Of a stretch of 64,000 nt of DNA, positions 1 to 9,370 are shown piece by piece (position 1 is the stretch's first letter; the number at the start of each line of letters is the position of its first letter). The notes beneath the pieces were generated by a model, which saw nothing but the letters and a program-made list of their open reading frames with translations, was not told the DNA's origin and ran no database searches. The position numbers and the translations under genes are program-made. The stretch spans positions 3,049-67,048 of the forward strand of contig JAEZHO010000253.1 of NCBI GenBank assembly GCA_023416545.1. Reading direction: 5' to 3'. The stretch comes from Pseudomonadota bacterium (GTDB lineage Bacteria > Pseudomonadota > Alphaproteobacteria > Rhizobiales > Rhizobiaceae).

Positions 1-1
1 C

Positions 2-1264
2 CTCTTCATGGCCGTCCTGCTGTTCCTGTTCATCACCGTCAAGCCTTACGTCGATCTTACCGGAGAAGCCGTTCTCGACCCGTCCGCCGGCAACTCCCAC
101 CGCCTGAACCAGGTCATCACGCTGCTGCTGTTCGCCGGCCTGCTGATATACGGGCTGGCCCATCCGATGCGGTCGATCATCCTGAAGCCGCATGGCCTGA
201 TGCTGTGCATCCTGGCCTGGTTCCTCCTCGTCTCCCTCGTCTCCCCTCACGCGTTTGCCAGCATCAAGGCGGTCGTGCTTTCGGCCATCACCTTCGTTCT
301 GGCTGCGGTTTTCCTGCTCCTGCCGACCTCCGAGCGCCAGTTCTCCAAGCTCTTGGCCTTCGGCGCGCTGGTAATGCTGGGATTTGCCTATTACGGCGTC
401 GTCTTCCTGCCGGAGCTTTCCATCCACCAGGCCTCCGAACTGCGCGAGCCCATGAACGCCGGTTTCTGGCGCGGTCACCTGCCGCACAAGAACAGCGCCG
501 CCGGCATCATGGTCATCACCGCCTTCATCGGCCTATATGTCGCGTCCACATGGTCGAGGCTTTCCGGGCTGGCGATCGTCGCCCTCTCCACCTTCTTCCT
601 CCTGCACACCGGCGGAAAGTCTGCATCGGCGATGTTGCCGGGCGTGCTGCTCCTCGCCTGGCTTTTCGAACGCTTCCGCTGGACGCGCGTGCCGATCGCG
701 ATCGGTGGCGTCGCGGCGTTCAACATGCTCGCCGTCGGTTCCGCGGTCATTCCGCCCTTCCGCGAATTCGTGAACGGCCTCGGCGTCGATGCCACCTTCA
801 CCAACCGCGACGACATCTGGCGCCTGGCATTCGGGGCGATTTCCGAGCGGCCGATCCTCGGCTACGGGTTCAACGGCTTCTGGCAGACACCGGAACTCGT
901 CTACAGCGGCGGCTCGATCGAGAACTGGGCGGTCCAGGCCTATAACGGCCACAATGCCTATCTCGACATCGCCCTGACGACGGGCGTGCCCGGCCTGCTG
1001 CTGACCCTCGCGCTTGTCCTGATCATACCGCTGCGGCATCTTCGCGGGATCGAGACAAGCGGCCCGCAGTCGGACATCACCCGGCTCTTTCTCCGGATCT
1101 GGCTCTACACGCTCTTCAACTCGGTGCTCGAAAGCATCTTCTTCGCGAACGGCAACCCCTTGTGGTTCCTGTTCCTCGGCGCCCTCTACGCCTTCCGCCT
1201 GCGCTCCGAAAATCTCGTCGCCTCCCCGGGTCCGCAATCAGTCCGGGAGGTGGCCCATGCGTGA
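2..1264 (+). CDS. O-antigen ligase/Wzy-like polysaccharide polymerase (ExoQ-like), probably 5'-truncated by the window
   Basis: Multi-TM protein with GHLPHKN, FTNRDDIW, RPILGYG and NGHNAYLD motifs typical of the Wzy_C family; frame is open back to the window edge. Confidence 0.85.
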   Translation, partial: LFMAVLLFLFITVKPYVDLTGEAVLDPSAGNSHRLNQVITLLLFAGLLIYGLAHPMRSIILKPHGLMLCILAWFLLVSLVSPHAFASIKAVVLSAITFVLAAVFLLLPTSERQFSKLLAFGALVMLGFAYYGVVFLPELSIHQASELREPMNAGFWRGHLPHKNSAAGIMVITAFIGLYVASTWSRLSGLAIVALSTFFLLHTGGKSASAMLPGVLLLAWLFERFRWTRVPIAIGGVAAFNMLAVGSAVIPPFREFVNGLGVDATFTNRDDIWRLAFGAISERPILGYGFNGFWQTPELVYSGGSIENWAVQAYNGHNAYLDIALTTGVPGLLLTLALVLIIPLRHLRGIETSGPQSDITRLFLRIWLYTLFNSVLESIFFANGNPLWFLFLGALYAFRLRSENLVASPGPQSVREVAHA

Positions 1265-2027
1265 TCTTGCAGCACGCGCCAACCGGCTGGTGGACCGGCT
1301 GGGCAACCGGCTGATCTGGAGCCTTGCCTCGCGAAGCCGCACCATCGAGACCGACGTCCCGCTGGTTACCTTCACCTTCGACGATGTTCCCGATACGGCT
1401 CTCACCCGCGGCGCCGCCATCCTCGAAAGCCACGGCGTGCACGGGACCTTCTACATCGCCGGCGGGCTTTCCGGACGGGTCGAGGCCGACCGCACGCTGA
1501 TCTCCTCGTCGGGCTGTCGCGAACTGGAAGAGCGCGGCCACGAGATCGGCTGCCACACCTTCGCCCACCGGAGCGTCCGCAGCTATGGAAGCGCCCTGTC
1601 GCAGGATCTCGACCGGAACGGGCAGTTCCTCAAAGAGGCGCAGGTGCGCCGCGCTCCCACGAATTTTGCCTTTCCCTACAATGCCGCCTGGCCCATTGCC
1701 CGGAAGACCCTGAAGGCCCGCTATGCCACCTGTCGCGGTGCCGGCGAAGCGATCAACCGCCACCGCGTCGATCCGTGGATGCTCAAGTCCGTGGAGATCC
1801 GCCAGCCGGAGGAGCACGCGCGGGGACTGACACGATGGGTCGACGATGTGGTCGCCAGGCCCGGCTGGCTCATCTTTTTCACGCATGACATTGCCGACCG
1901 GCCGACGCCTCACGGCTGCCGGCCCGACACTTTCGACCGTCTCGTCGAGTACACGATCCGGGCCGGGTGTCGGGTGATCACGGTGGCGGACGCGGTCCGG
2001 CGGTTCGGATGGGAGACCGGTCGATGA
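1257..2027 (+). CDS. Polysaccharide deacetylase (CE4/NodB-like)
   Basis: TFTFDD and GHEIGCHTFAH motifs, FAFPY; GGGAGG RBS; overlaps upstream stop. Confidence 0.88.
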   Translation: MRDLAARANRLVDRLGNRLIWSLASRSRTIETDVPLVTFTFDDVPDTALTRGAAILESHGVHGTFYIAGGLSGRVEADRTLISSSGCRELEERGHEIGCHTFAHRSVRSYGSALSQDLDRNGQFLKEAQVRRAPTNFAFPYNAAWPIARKTLKARYATCRGAGEAINRHRVDPWMLKSVEIRQPEEHARGLTRWVDDVVARPGWLIFFTHDIADRPTPHGCRPDTFDRLVEYTIRAGCRVITVADAVRRFGWETGR

Positions 2028-3304
2028 ATTTCCTCGCGCGCGACGTTTCCCCCCTACGCCTGCTCAACATCAACAACTACTTCTACCGCCGCGGCGGCGC
2101 GGAGGCGGTCTTCCTCGACCATACGGCGCTCTTCGAGGAGACGGGATGGGATGTGGTCCCCTTCGCCATGCAGCACGAGAAGAACCTCCCCTCCCCGTGG
2201 TCGGACTACTTCGTCTCCGAGATCGAGTACGGGCGGGAGGGCGGCGCGCTCAAGCGCGTGCTGCAGGCCTCCAAGGTCATCTACTCCTTCGAGGCGCAGT
2301 CCAGCCTGAAAAGGCTGATCGCGAAGGCGCCCCCGGACATCGCCCACGCGCACAACGTCTATCATCACCTGTCGCCCGCGATCTTCTCCACCCTGAAGGA
2401 TGCCGGCATCCCCGTGGTGATGACCGCGCACGACCTCAAGATCGCCTGCCCTTCCTACAAGATGCTCCGGGAAGGCCGTATCTGCGAGGAGTGCCGCGGC
2501 GGCCGAATTCACAACGTCGTCCGCAACAGGTGCGTCAAGGGCTCCCTGCCGCTGAGCGTCGTCGTCTTCGCCGAGACGGCTGTCCACCGCATGCTCGGCC
2601 TCTACCGCAACAAGGTGGACCGCATCGTCGTCCCGAGCCGCTTCTATCGCGACAAGCTGATCGAATGGGGATGGCCGGCCGGGCAACTGACCTATGTGCC
2701 CAATTTCGTCGATCTCGAAGGTTTCGAGACCCGATGGGACGAAGGAGACTATTTCGTCTTTGCGGGTCGGCTCGCCCCGGAAAAGGGAATTGCGACACTG
2801 ATCCGGGCTGCGGCCCGCGCGAAACAGCGGCTCGTCATCGCCGGCACCGGTCCGGAAGAGGAGGCGCTGCGCCGCCTGGTGAAGGAAACCGGCGCGGACG
2901 TCACCTTCGCGGGCTTCGTGGGCGGGGAGGCGCTCCACCGGCTGATCGGCCAGTCCCGGGCCCTGGTCCTGCCATCGGAATGGTACGAGAACGCGCCGAT
3001 CAGCATTCTGGAAGCCTATGCGCTCGGGCGCCCGGTCATCGGCACGGCGATCGGCGGCATACCGGAAATGGTGAGGGTCGGCGAAACCGGGCTGACTCCT
3101 TCGCCCGCCTCTGTCGAAGACCTTGCGGACGCTCTGACGCAGATGGCGTCCCTCGGACCGGCCCAAAGGTCGGCTATGGGTGCTGCCGGCCGCGACTGGG
3201 TCTCGCGTGAGTTTTCCCGCTCGTCCTATCGCGATCGGATGCTCTCGGTTTACGGCGAATTGCGGCCGGGTGTCTTCGGCAGCTCGGTGGCCCTTCCCCG
3301 CTAG
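2024..3304 (+). CDS. Glycosyltransferase family 4
   Basis: GRLAPEKG and PSEWYENAPISILEA motifs; ATGA coupling at 2024 preferred over the 1967 start. Confidence 0.92.
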   Translation: MNFLARDVSPLRLLNINNYFYRRGGAEAVFLDHTALFEETGWDVVPFAMQHEKNLPSPWSDYFVSEIEYGREGGALKRVLQASKVIYSFEAQSSLKRLIAKAPPDIAHAHNVYHHLSPAIFSTLKDAGIPVVMTAHDLKIACPSYKMLREGRICEECRGGRIHNVVRNRCVKGSLPLSVVVFAETAVHRMLGLYRNKVDRIVVPSRFYRDKLIEWGWPAGQLTYVPNFVDLEGFETRWDEGDYFVFAGRLAPEKGIATLIRAAARAKQRLVIAGTGPEEEALRRLVKETGADVTFAGFVGGEALHRLIGQSRALVLPSEWYENAPISILEAYALGRPVIGTAIGGIPEMVRVGETGLTPSPASVEDLADALTQMASLGPAQRSAMGAAGRDWVSREFSRSSYRDRMLSVYGELRPGVFGSSVALPR

Positions 3305-3440
3305 CCGTTGGCGCCGGAAGTTTTCCACTGCCCCCCGAAGACAGCGGCAGGATCGCTAGAATTCTAACGAACAGGTTTCCACGTCTCGAATGTTCCCGCT
3401 GTAGAACTGGTCTCGAAATGCCTTTGCAAGCCGGGACACA

Positions 3441-4724
3441 ATGACGACGAAGCCTCTGGAACCAGTGACAGAAACGGAGCCGGCGCGACGCCTGTCCATG
3501 GCGCCACCGGCCCTTGACGGGTCGGACAGTACGCCTGAGCAACCCCCGCATCAGGAGCCCGGACCCGGTGCCGCGAGGGCCGGGAGTGCCGGACGGCGCA
3601 TCATGATGCTCGGCCTTCGCGGCGTTCCGGAAATTCAGGGCGGCGTGGAACGGCATGTGGAAATGCTCGGCCGGGAACTCGTGCGCGCCGGCTGGGACGT
3701 CGAGGTTGTCGGACGCCGCTCCTACCTGCAGCAGGCAAAGTCCTTTTCATGGGATGGCATGAAGGTGACGCCGCTCTGGGCACCACGTTCGATGACGCTG
3801 GAGGCCCTGGCCCACACGTTGGCCGGCGTCCTCTACGCCGCCTGGAAGCGGCCGGACATTCTTCACATCCATGCGGTCGGTCCGGGCCTGCTGGTACCGC
3901 TGGCCCGCATGCTGGGCCTGCGCGTGGTGACCACGCATCACGGCTACGACTACGGCCGCGAGAAGTGGGGTCCCGCCGCAAAGCGCATCCTGCGGCTCGG
4001 GGAGCGGCTTGCGGTGAGGATGTCCCACGCGACGATCGCGGTTTCCCGCGACGTCACCGAGACGATGAAAAGGCGCTACGACCGGGTCCCCAGCCACGTC
4101 CCCAACGGAGTGTCGGTTCGCCCGCCGGTCTCCTCCACGGACATCCTGGAACGATTTGGCCTCGAACCCCGCCGCTATATCGTCATGGTCGCGCGGATCG
4201 TCCCCGAAAAGCGCCAGACAGACCTCATCCGGGCCTTCGCGCACCTGGGCGCTCCCGGCTGGAAGCTCGCCATCGTCGGTGGAGCGGACCACAAGAGCCG
4301 CTATGTCGAAGAGGTGGAAGCCCTTGCCCGGGAAGTTCCCGGCGTGGTCATGACGGGCTTCCGGAGCGGCGACGATCTGTCCGCGATCTTCTCGCAGGCC
4401 GGCCTGTTCGTCCTGCCCTCGCTGCATGAAGGCATGCCGATCTCGCTGCTCGAGGCCATGAGCTACGGGCTCCCCTCCCTTGCGAGCGACATTCCCGCAA
4501 ATCACGAGGTGGAGCTTCCCGATGAGGACTATTTCCCGCCCGGGGACGTCGAGGCGCTCTCCGCCGCCCTTGGCCGCAAGCTCGCCCTGCCCTTCGTCGA
4601 GCGGGATTCCGTTGCGCGCATCCGCCATGCCGAGATGAACTATGCCTGGCCTTCGATCGCCGAGGCCACCGCAGCGGTCTACCGGTCCGTCCTTGGCGGC
4701 AATAACGTCGGGGAACGCAAGTGA
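3441..4724 (+). CDS. Glycosyltransferase family 4
   Basis: GGVERHV, RIVPEK and PSLHEGMPISLLEA motifs; exact start uncertain. Confidence 0.9.
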   Translation: MTTKPLEPVTETEPARRLSMAPPALDGSDSTPEQPPHQEPGPGAARAGSAGRRIMMLGLRGVPEIQGGVERHVEMLGRELVRAGWDVEVVGRRSYLQQAKSFSWDGMKVTPLWAPRSMTLEALAHTLAGVLYAAWKRPDILHIHAVGPGLLVPLARMLGLRVVTTHHGYDYGREKWGPAAKRILRLGERLAVRMSHATIAVSRDVTETMKRRYDRVPSHVPNGVSVRPPVSSTDILERFGLEPRRYIVMVARIVPEKRQTDLIRAFAHLGAPGWKLAIVGGADHKSRYVEEVEALAREVPGVVMTGFRSGDDLSAIFSQAGLFVLPSLHEGMPISLLEAMSYGLPSLASDIPANHEVELPDEDYFPPGDVEALSAALGRKLALPFVERDSVARIRHAEMNYAWPSIAEATAAVYRSVLGGNNVGERK

Positions 4725-5788
4725 CCGTTTCCGTCATCATCAAGACACTGAACGAGGAAAAGCGCATCGCGCGGACCATCGAAACCGCGCTTTCGGCAAT
4801 CTCCTCGGTCGGCGGCGAGGTCATCGTCGCCGACAGCGGCTCCTCCGACCGCACGGTCGCCATTGCCGCCGCCCATCCGGTCCGCATAGTACAGATCATG
4901 CCGCCGGCCGAACCGAGTTGCGGCATCGGCCCCCAGCTCGGCTACCAGTATGCCCGGGGCGAGTATATCTGCCTCATCGACGGCGACATGGAACTGGACG
5001 AGAACTTCATCCCCGAAGCGCTGGATTATCTTGCCCGGAACCCGAAGGTCGCGGGTGTCACGGGTCATGTCGAGGAGAAGATGCTCGACAGCCTGGAATA
5101 TACCCGGCGCGTGACGCGGGATGCGCCGGAGGCAAGGATCGGCACGATCGACCGGATGAATGGCGGGGGGCTCTATCGCCGCTCGGCGATCGAGACCGTC
5201 GGCTACTTCACCGACCGCAATCTCCATTGCCACGAGGAATTCGATCTCGGCGTCCGGCTGCGGAACGCCGGATGGATCCTCCACCGGCTCGACCGGCGCT
5301 TCGTCTCCCACTACGGCCATGCCATCAATTCATACCGGCTCCTGGTAAGGCGATGGCGGACCAGGTACCTCTTCGGGATCGGCGAGCTGATGCGCGCCTC
5401 GATCGGCAAACCTCACTGGAGGACTGTCATCGCCGATCTGCCGGAACTGAAGCTCTGGGCGCTTGTCGGCTGCTGGATGCTCGCGTCGCTCGCCCTGCTG
5501 GTCCTTCTTCCGGCAAAACTTCTCGCCGCGTCGATCGTGCTGGCGATTGCGGCAGGCGTGGTCGCGGCAATGTCGGTGCGTAAGGGTAGCCTCGCGATGG
5601 GGCTCTACACGGTCACAGCCTGGCTTTTCCACACGACGGCCCTGCCTTTCGGGTATTTCCGACCGCGCAGGGATCCGCGATTGTGGGTCGAGAGCCGGGA
5701 ACTGGGGGGACAGGATGCGGAACATGCTTCGGCTGGTCTGGACGGCAATCGCGATCGCGGGACCGGAACTCGCCAGCGCGTCGGATGA
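4721..5788 (+). CDS. Glycosyltransferase family 2 with C-terminal TM helices
   Basis: VSVIIKTLNEE, DSGSSD and IDGD (DxD) motifs; GTGA overlap with upstream gene. Confidence 0.9.
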   Translation: MTVSVIIKTLNEEKRIARTIETALSAISSVGGEVIVADSGSSDRTVAIAAAHPVRIVQIMPPAEPSCGIGPQLGYQYARGEYICLIDGDMELDENFIPEALDYLARNPKVAGVTGHVEEKMLDSLEYTRRVTRDAPEARIGTIDRMNGGGLYRRSAIETVGYFTDRNLHCHEEFDLGVRLRNAGWILHRLDRRFVSHYGHAINSYRLLVRRWRTRYLFGIGELMRASIGKPHWRTVIADLPELKLWALVGCWMLASLALLVLLPAKLLAASIVLAIAAGVVAAMSVRKGSLAMGLYTVTAWLFHTTALPFGYFRPRRDPRLWVESRELGGQDAEHASAGLDGNRDRGTGTRQRVG

Positions 5789-7889
5789 ATGGCTTGCCGT
5801 CCGGGAGGAAAACCTCTCGATCGAGGCCGGCAGCCCGCTCGACTTTTCTCCCTTCCTCGCCAACCTGCCGATAGATCGGCCCGGCGCGCGGCTTGTCGCG
5901 GGCGATGGCGGACGCATGGCCCGCGCGGAGACCCCCGCTGAACCGCTGCGGCTCCATTGCGCCTCGCTTGCCTGGAGCCCGGCCTCCGGTGGCTTTCCCG
6001 ATCACGCCACTGCCGATATCTACGCCCGGCAACTCGCCATGCGCGGCTATAACATTGCCCGGCTGCACTTCCTCGACGCCAGCCTGATGACGGGGCGGGA
6101 GCGGGACTTCGATTTCGATCCGGAGACGCTCGACCGGATCCACTACCTGATGGCCGCCCTCAAGAAGGAGGGCATCTACTGGATGATCGACGGCCTCACC
6201 TCATGGCATGGAGGCACCGGCGGCGTCGACGACCGCTGGGACCCTGCCCCTGGGTTGAAGCTCGACATGCCCCATGACGAGCGGGCCTTCGCCCACTGGC
6301 GACAGCTGGTGACGGCAATTCTGGCCGGTGTGAACCCCTATACGGGCATCGCTCCCGTGCATGACGAGGCGCTTGCCCTGCTGATCCTCGCCAATGAAGG
6401 CGGAATGGAATTCGAGACGGTCGTCCATGAAAGGGAGGGCGAGCCGCACTATCCCGCCGGCCTGCAGAAAGCCTTCAACGAATGGCTGCGGGCGCATTAT
6501 CCCGACGATGCCTCACTCCGCGCCGCCTGGGATGAGCTGGAGCCTACCGAAAGCCTGCGATCCGGCACCGTCCGCTTGCCGGCCAACCGCTACCACGACA
6601 CGCCCCGGATGCGGGATCTCCAGGCCTATTTCGTCCATGCCGAACAGGCGCTTCTGGAGAAGATGACGGCGGCCGTTCGCGGCCTCGGTTATGGCGGTCT
6701 CGTCAGTTCCTACAACAACTGGCCAACCGTCCAGACCGCGCTCACCCGGTCGCGGATGGAGGCGGTGACGATGAATACCTACCACGACTGGGTCGGGGGT
6801 TATGGTCCCGGCGCGACGATCACGGGCGAGAGCGCGATCGCCGGCGGGGCAGCCTACCTGCGCCGAGCAGCCGCCGCCCGCTGGCTGGACAGGCCCTTCG
6901 CCATCAGCGAATACGACCACCTCTTCTGGAACCCCTACCGCTATGAGGCCGGCCTGGTCGTTCCCTCCTATGCCGCTCTCCAGGACTGGGATGCGCTCTG
7001 CCGCCACGGACACGGCCCGATTGCCCTGCGCTACGGAGAGCCGTTCGCGCACAAGCGGGCCATGCTTCCCTATGCGATCGCGCTCGACCCGGTCGCTCGC
7101 GCCGGGGAAACCCTGGCGGCCCTCCTGTTCAGGCGGCAGGACGTCTCGAGGGCGAGACAGACCATCCCGTTCTCCGTCGAGGGCCTCTCGGACCTGACCG
7201 GAGACATGCAGGCAACCGAACCAGATGTCCTGACCTCGCTTGCCCTGGTTTCCGGCATCGGGCTTCGCGACAGCGACGGCCTGAGGATGGCCCATGCGAT
7301 CGAACAGCCACGATCCGATGGGCAGGCGGACAAATTGCTGAGGGCCATGAAACAGGCCGGTCTCCTCCCGTCCACGAACCGGACGGACCTCTCGCAGGGC
7401 ATCTTCGAGAGCGATACCGGCGAACTCCTGCTCGACGGCGGGAAGCGGCTTTTCACCGTGGTGACGCCGCTCACGGAGGCAGCGGCGTTTTCGTCGCTGA
7501 CCCCAACCATCCCGCTCGGATCGCTCATAATCGAGGGCGCCGAACAGGGAGGATTGCTCGCAGCCTCGGTCATCGACGAGGCACCTTCCCTCGCTGAAAG
7601 CCGGCGCATTCTCCTGGTCTACGCGACCGATGCCCGCAATACCGGGATGCGGTTCCGCGACAATGCGGAACGGGTGATCGAGGACTTCGGAACGCTCCCG
7701 GTTCTTGTCCGCAGGGGCAGTGTCTCGGTTTCGCTGTCCGGCACGTCCGGTCCCTGGCGGCTGTCGCCCGTCGGGCTGGACGGCGCGGTCCATGAGCCGG
7801 TCCTGAGCGGTACGGGACCGGTGCGTTTCCTCCTGGACAACGATGCCCCGTCTGGTCCCACCACGTTCTTCCTCCTGCAGATCGACTGA
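5715..7889 (+). CDS. Putative exported glycoside hydrolase (GH-A clan, GH5-like)
   Basis: GYNIARLHFLD, ANE acid/base and ISEY nucleophile-like motifs; signal-peptide-like N-terminus from ATG 5715. Confidence 0.7.
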   Translation: MRNMLRLVWTAIAIAGPELASASDEWLAVREENLSIEAGSPLDFSPFLANLPIDRPGARLVAGDGGRMARAETPAEPLRLHCASLAWSPASGGFPDHATADIYARQLAMRGYNIARLHFLDASLMTGRERDFDFDPETLDRIHYLMAALKKEGIYWMIDGLTSWHGGTGGVDDRWDPAPGLKLDMPHDERAFAHWRQLVTAILAGVNPYTGIAPVHDEALALLILANEGGMEFETVVHEREGEPHYPAGLQKAFNEWLRAHYPDDASLRAAWDELEPTESLRSGTVRLPANRYHDTPRMRDLQAYFVHAEQALLEKMTAAVRGLGYGGLVSSYNNWPTVQTALTRSRMEAVTMNTYHDWVGGYGPGATITGESAIAGGAAYLRRAAAARWLDRPFAISEYDHLFWNPYRYEAGLVVPSYAALQDWDALCRHGHGPIALRYGEPFAHKRAMLPYAIALDPVARAGETLAALLFRRQDVSRARQTIPFSVEGLSDLTGDMQATEPDVLTSLALVSGIGLRDSDGLRMAHAIEQPRSDGQADKLLRAMKQAGLLPSTNRTDLSQGIFESDTGELLLDGGKRLFTVVTPLTEAAAFSSLTPTIPLGSLIIEGAEQGGLLAASVIDEAPSLAESRRILLVYATDARNTGMRFRDNAERVIEDFGTLPVLVRRGSVSVSLSGTSGPWRLSPVGLDGAVHEPVLSGTGPVRFLLDNDAPSGPTTFFLLQID

Positions 7890-8063
7890 ACCGCAGTCTT
7901 CTGTAAAGTCTGCGTGAGAATCGGCGCCGGGGCCGCCGCTCAAGAAGTATCGTCCCCTCCCGCGCTTGCATGACGGCCCGGAAAGAGTAGGCTTGCCCTC
8001 TCTTCTTGGAAGCGCTGGCGCCACACGGCCCAGGACCTTGCTCCGGACTACGGAGGGCTACCA

Positions 8064-8261
8064 ATGACGCATCATATTCACCCAAATACATTTGAGCCGC
8101 AGGATCTGGCCTGCATGCAGAAGCTTTTCAGTGCGGCATGCGCCGCAAGAGGCATGGACGGCAAGGGAGAAGCAGCCGACCATCTCGCCGTTCGCATCGT
8201 CGAGCTTTATCAGCAGGGCGTGCGGGAAGAGAAAGACCTGACTTCCCATCTGCAGGCCTAG
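8064..8261 (+). CDS. Small hypothetical protein (65 aa)
   Basis: GGAGG RBS about 8 nt upstream; fills an intergenic gap; plausible helical protein. Confidence 0.7.
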   Translation: MTHHIHPNTFEPQDLACMQKLFSAACAARGMDGKGEAADHLAVRIVELYQQGVREEKDLTSHLQA

Positions 8262-8271
8262 GTTTCAGCGA

Positions 8272-8778
8272 TTACCGCTTTGCCTGAAGGTCCCGCTCGT
8301 CGCGGAGCAGATAGAGCCGTGTCGTGTCGTCGAGATTGCCCGCCAGCCAGTCGGCCATCTCGATCTCCTCTTCGAGTATCCGCTCGAAGACCGCCTTCGC
8401 CTCGACCTCTCCGAGTTCGTCGGCTGCGGCGATGAGAACGCGGTAGGCGGCGATTTCCATGTGCTCGAACGCATAGCCGGCCATCGCCCCCTTCACCACC
8501 TCGTCCGACGTCAGGACGGCCCCGAGCCCCTGCGCGGTGCCCGCCAGCCGGCCCGTCAGGTCCCGCACCAGCGAGCTTCCGCCCGAGGACAACGCGTCCA
8601 GCAGCCCCTGGAGAAGCCGCAGATGCTCCTGCGTCTCCAGGATATGCGCCTCGATGCGTTCCTTCAGTTCGGGATAATTCTGGAGCCGCTTTGCCTGGGA
8701 GGTGAGCATGGTCAGCGCCTGCTTCTCCAGCGCATGGGCATCGCGAAGCCACGCGGCAAAGTGATCCTTCATGTGCAT
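8272..8778 (-). CDS. Ferritin-like DUF892 (YciE/YciF family) stress protein
   Basis: WLRDAHALEKQA, HILET, FEHMEIAAY and ILEEEIEMA motifs. Confidence 0.9.
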   Translation of the reverse strand: MHMKDHFAAWLRDAHALEKQALTMLTSQAKRLQNYPELKERIEAHILETQEHLRLLQGLLDALSSGGSSLVRDLTGRLAGTAQGLGAVLTSDEVVKGAMAGYAFEHMEIAAYRVLIAAADELGEVEAKAVFERILEEEIEMADWLAGNLDDTTRLYLLRDERDLQAKR

Positions 8779-8817
8779 GTGGTCGTCCCTCGCGGCTCAG
8801 TTGCTCAGCACGAGTTC

Positions 8818-8843
8818 AACTCGACTGTAATGCCCTCGGTTCC
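8818..8843 (-). promoter_or_regulatory. Putative EcfG/RpoE2 promoter for the DUF892 gene
   Basis: Minus strand GGAAC-N17-AGTT, about 40 nt upstream of the start. Confidence 0.75.
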
Positions 8844-8853
8844 GACAAAAGCG

Positions 8854-8878
8854 GGAACCTAGGCGGCGCTCTGCAGTT
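8854..8878 (+). promoter_or_regulatory. Putative EcfG/RpoE2 promoter for two small ORFs
   Basis: GGAAC-N16-AGTT. Confidence 0.75.
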
Positions 8879-8893
8879 CACCCATCATCGCGA

Positions 8894-9112
8894 ATGGAGG
8901 ATCAGAGGCAGAAGATGCGCAATGCAAACCAGGCAAAAGCAATGATGGGCGCCGCGGTCGTCGTCGTACTGATGCTCGTCGCGGCCTATTTCCTGCAGTC
9001 GTCGCTGGAGACTGCGGAGATTGCCGAACCCGAGCGGACGGACACCGTGCAGGATCTGCCGGCCGGCAGGGCGATAGGCAATGAACAGCCGACCGGCGCG
9101 ATCGAGAACTAG
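8894..9112 (+). CDS. Small single-TM hypothetical protein
   Basis: One hydrophobic helix (AAVVVVLMLVAAYFL) then an acidic tail; start could be ATG 8915. Confidence 0.65.
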   Translation: MEDQRQKMRNANQAKAMMGAAVVVVLMLVAAYFLQSSLETAEIAEPERTDTVQDLPAGRAIGNEQPTGAIEN

Positions 9113-9133
9113 AAACCACGAGAGGACACGGAA

Positions 9134-9295
9134 ATGACCGTGCAAGATCCACGAGAGCCGCGCGAAACGCCGCCGGTTCCTGCACCGGACCTCACTCCCG
9201 TGCCCCCGATCGACGAGCCGGAGCCCGACAGGCTCCCCGACGAGGACCCGGTCCCCAACCCCGACGAGACGACCGATCCCCCCGTTTACGCCTGA
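9134..9295 (+). CDS. 53-aa Pro/Asp/Glu-rich small protein (not in ORF track)
   Basis: MTVQDPREPRETPPVPAPDLTPVPPIDEPEPDRLPDEDPVPNPDETTDPPVYA; GAGGA RBS upstream; fills the gap before the PLD promoter. Confidence 0.65.
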   Translation: MTVQDPREPRETPPVPAPDLTPVPPIDEPEPDRLPDEDPVPNPDETTDPPVYA

Positions 9296-9315
9296 CGGGC
9301 CCTCTGTAACGCCAT

Positions 9316-9340
9316 GGAACAAGCGGAACCTGCGTGCGTT
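9316..9340 (+). promoter_or_regulatory. Putative EcfG/RpoE2 promoter for the PLD gene
   Basis: Exact GGAAC-N16-CGTT. Confidence 0.8.
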
Positions 9341-9370
9341 CATTTACGATCGCAAGCAAGGGGCGCGCAG

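Noticed and set aside
6513..8024. Long alternative-frame or antisense ORFs (also 11054..12634, 16823..18340, 20768..22249, 46353..47948)
   Set aside because: Expected in high-GC DNA where stop codons are rare; each overlaps a well-supported gene
9314..9370. ATG 9314 as the PLD start
   Set aside because: It overlaps the exact EcfG-type promoter and lacks an RBS; GTG 9371 fits better
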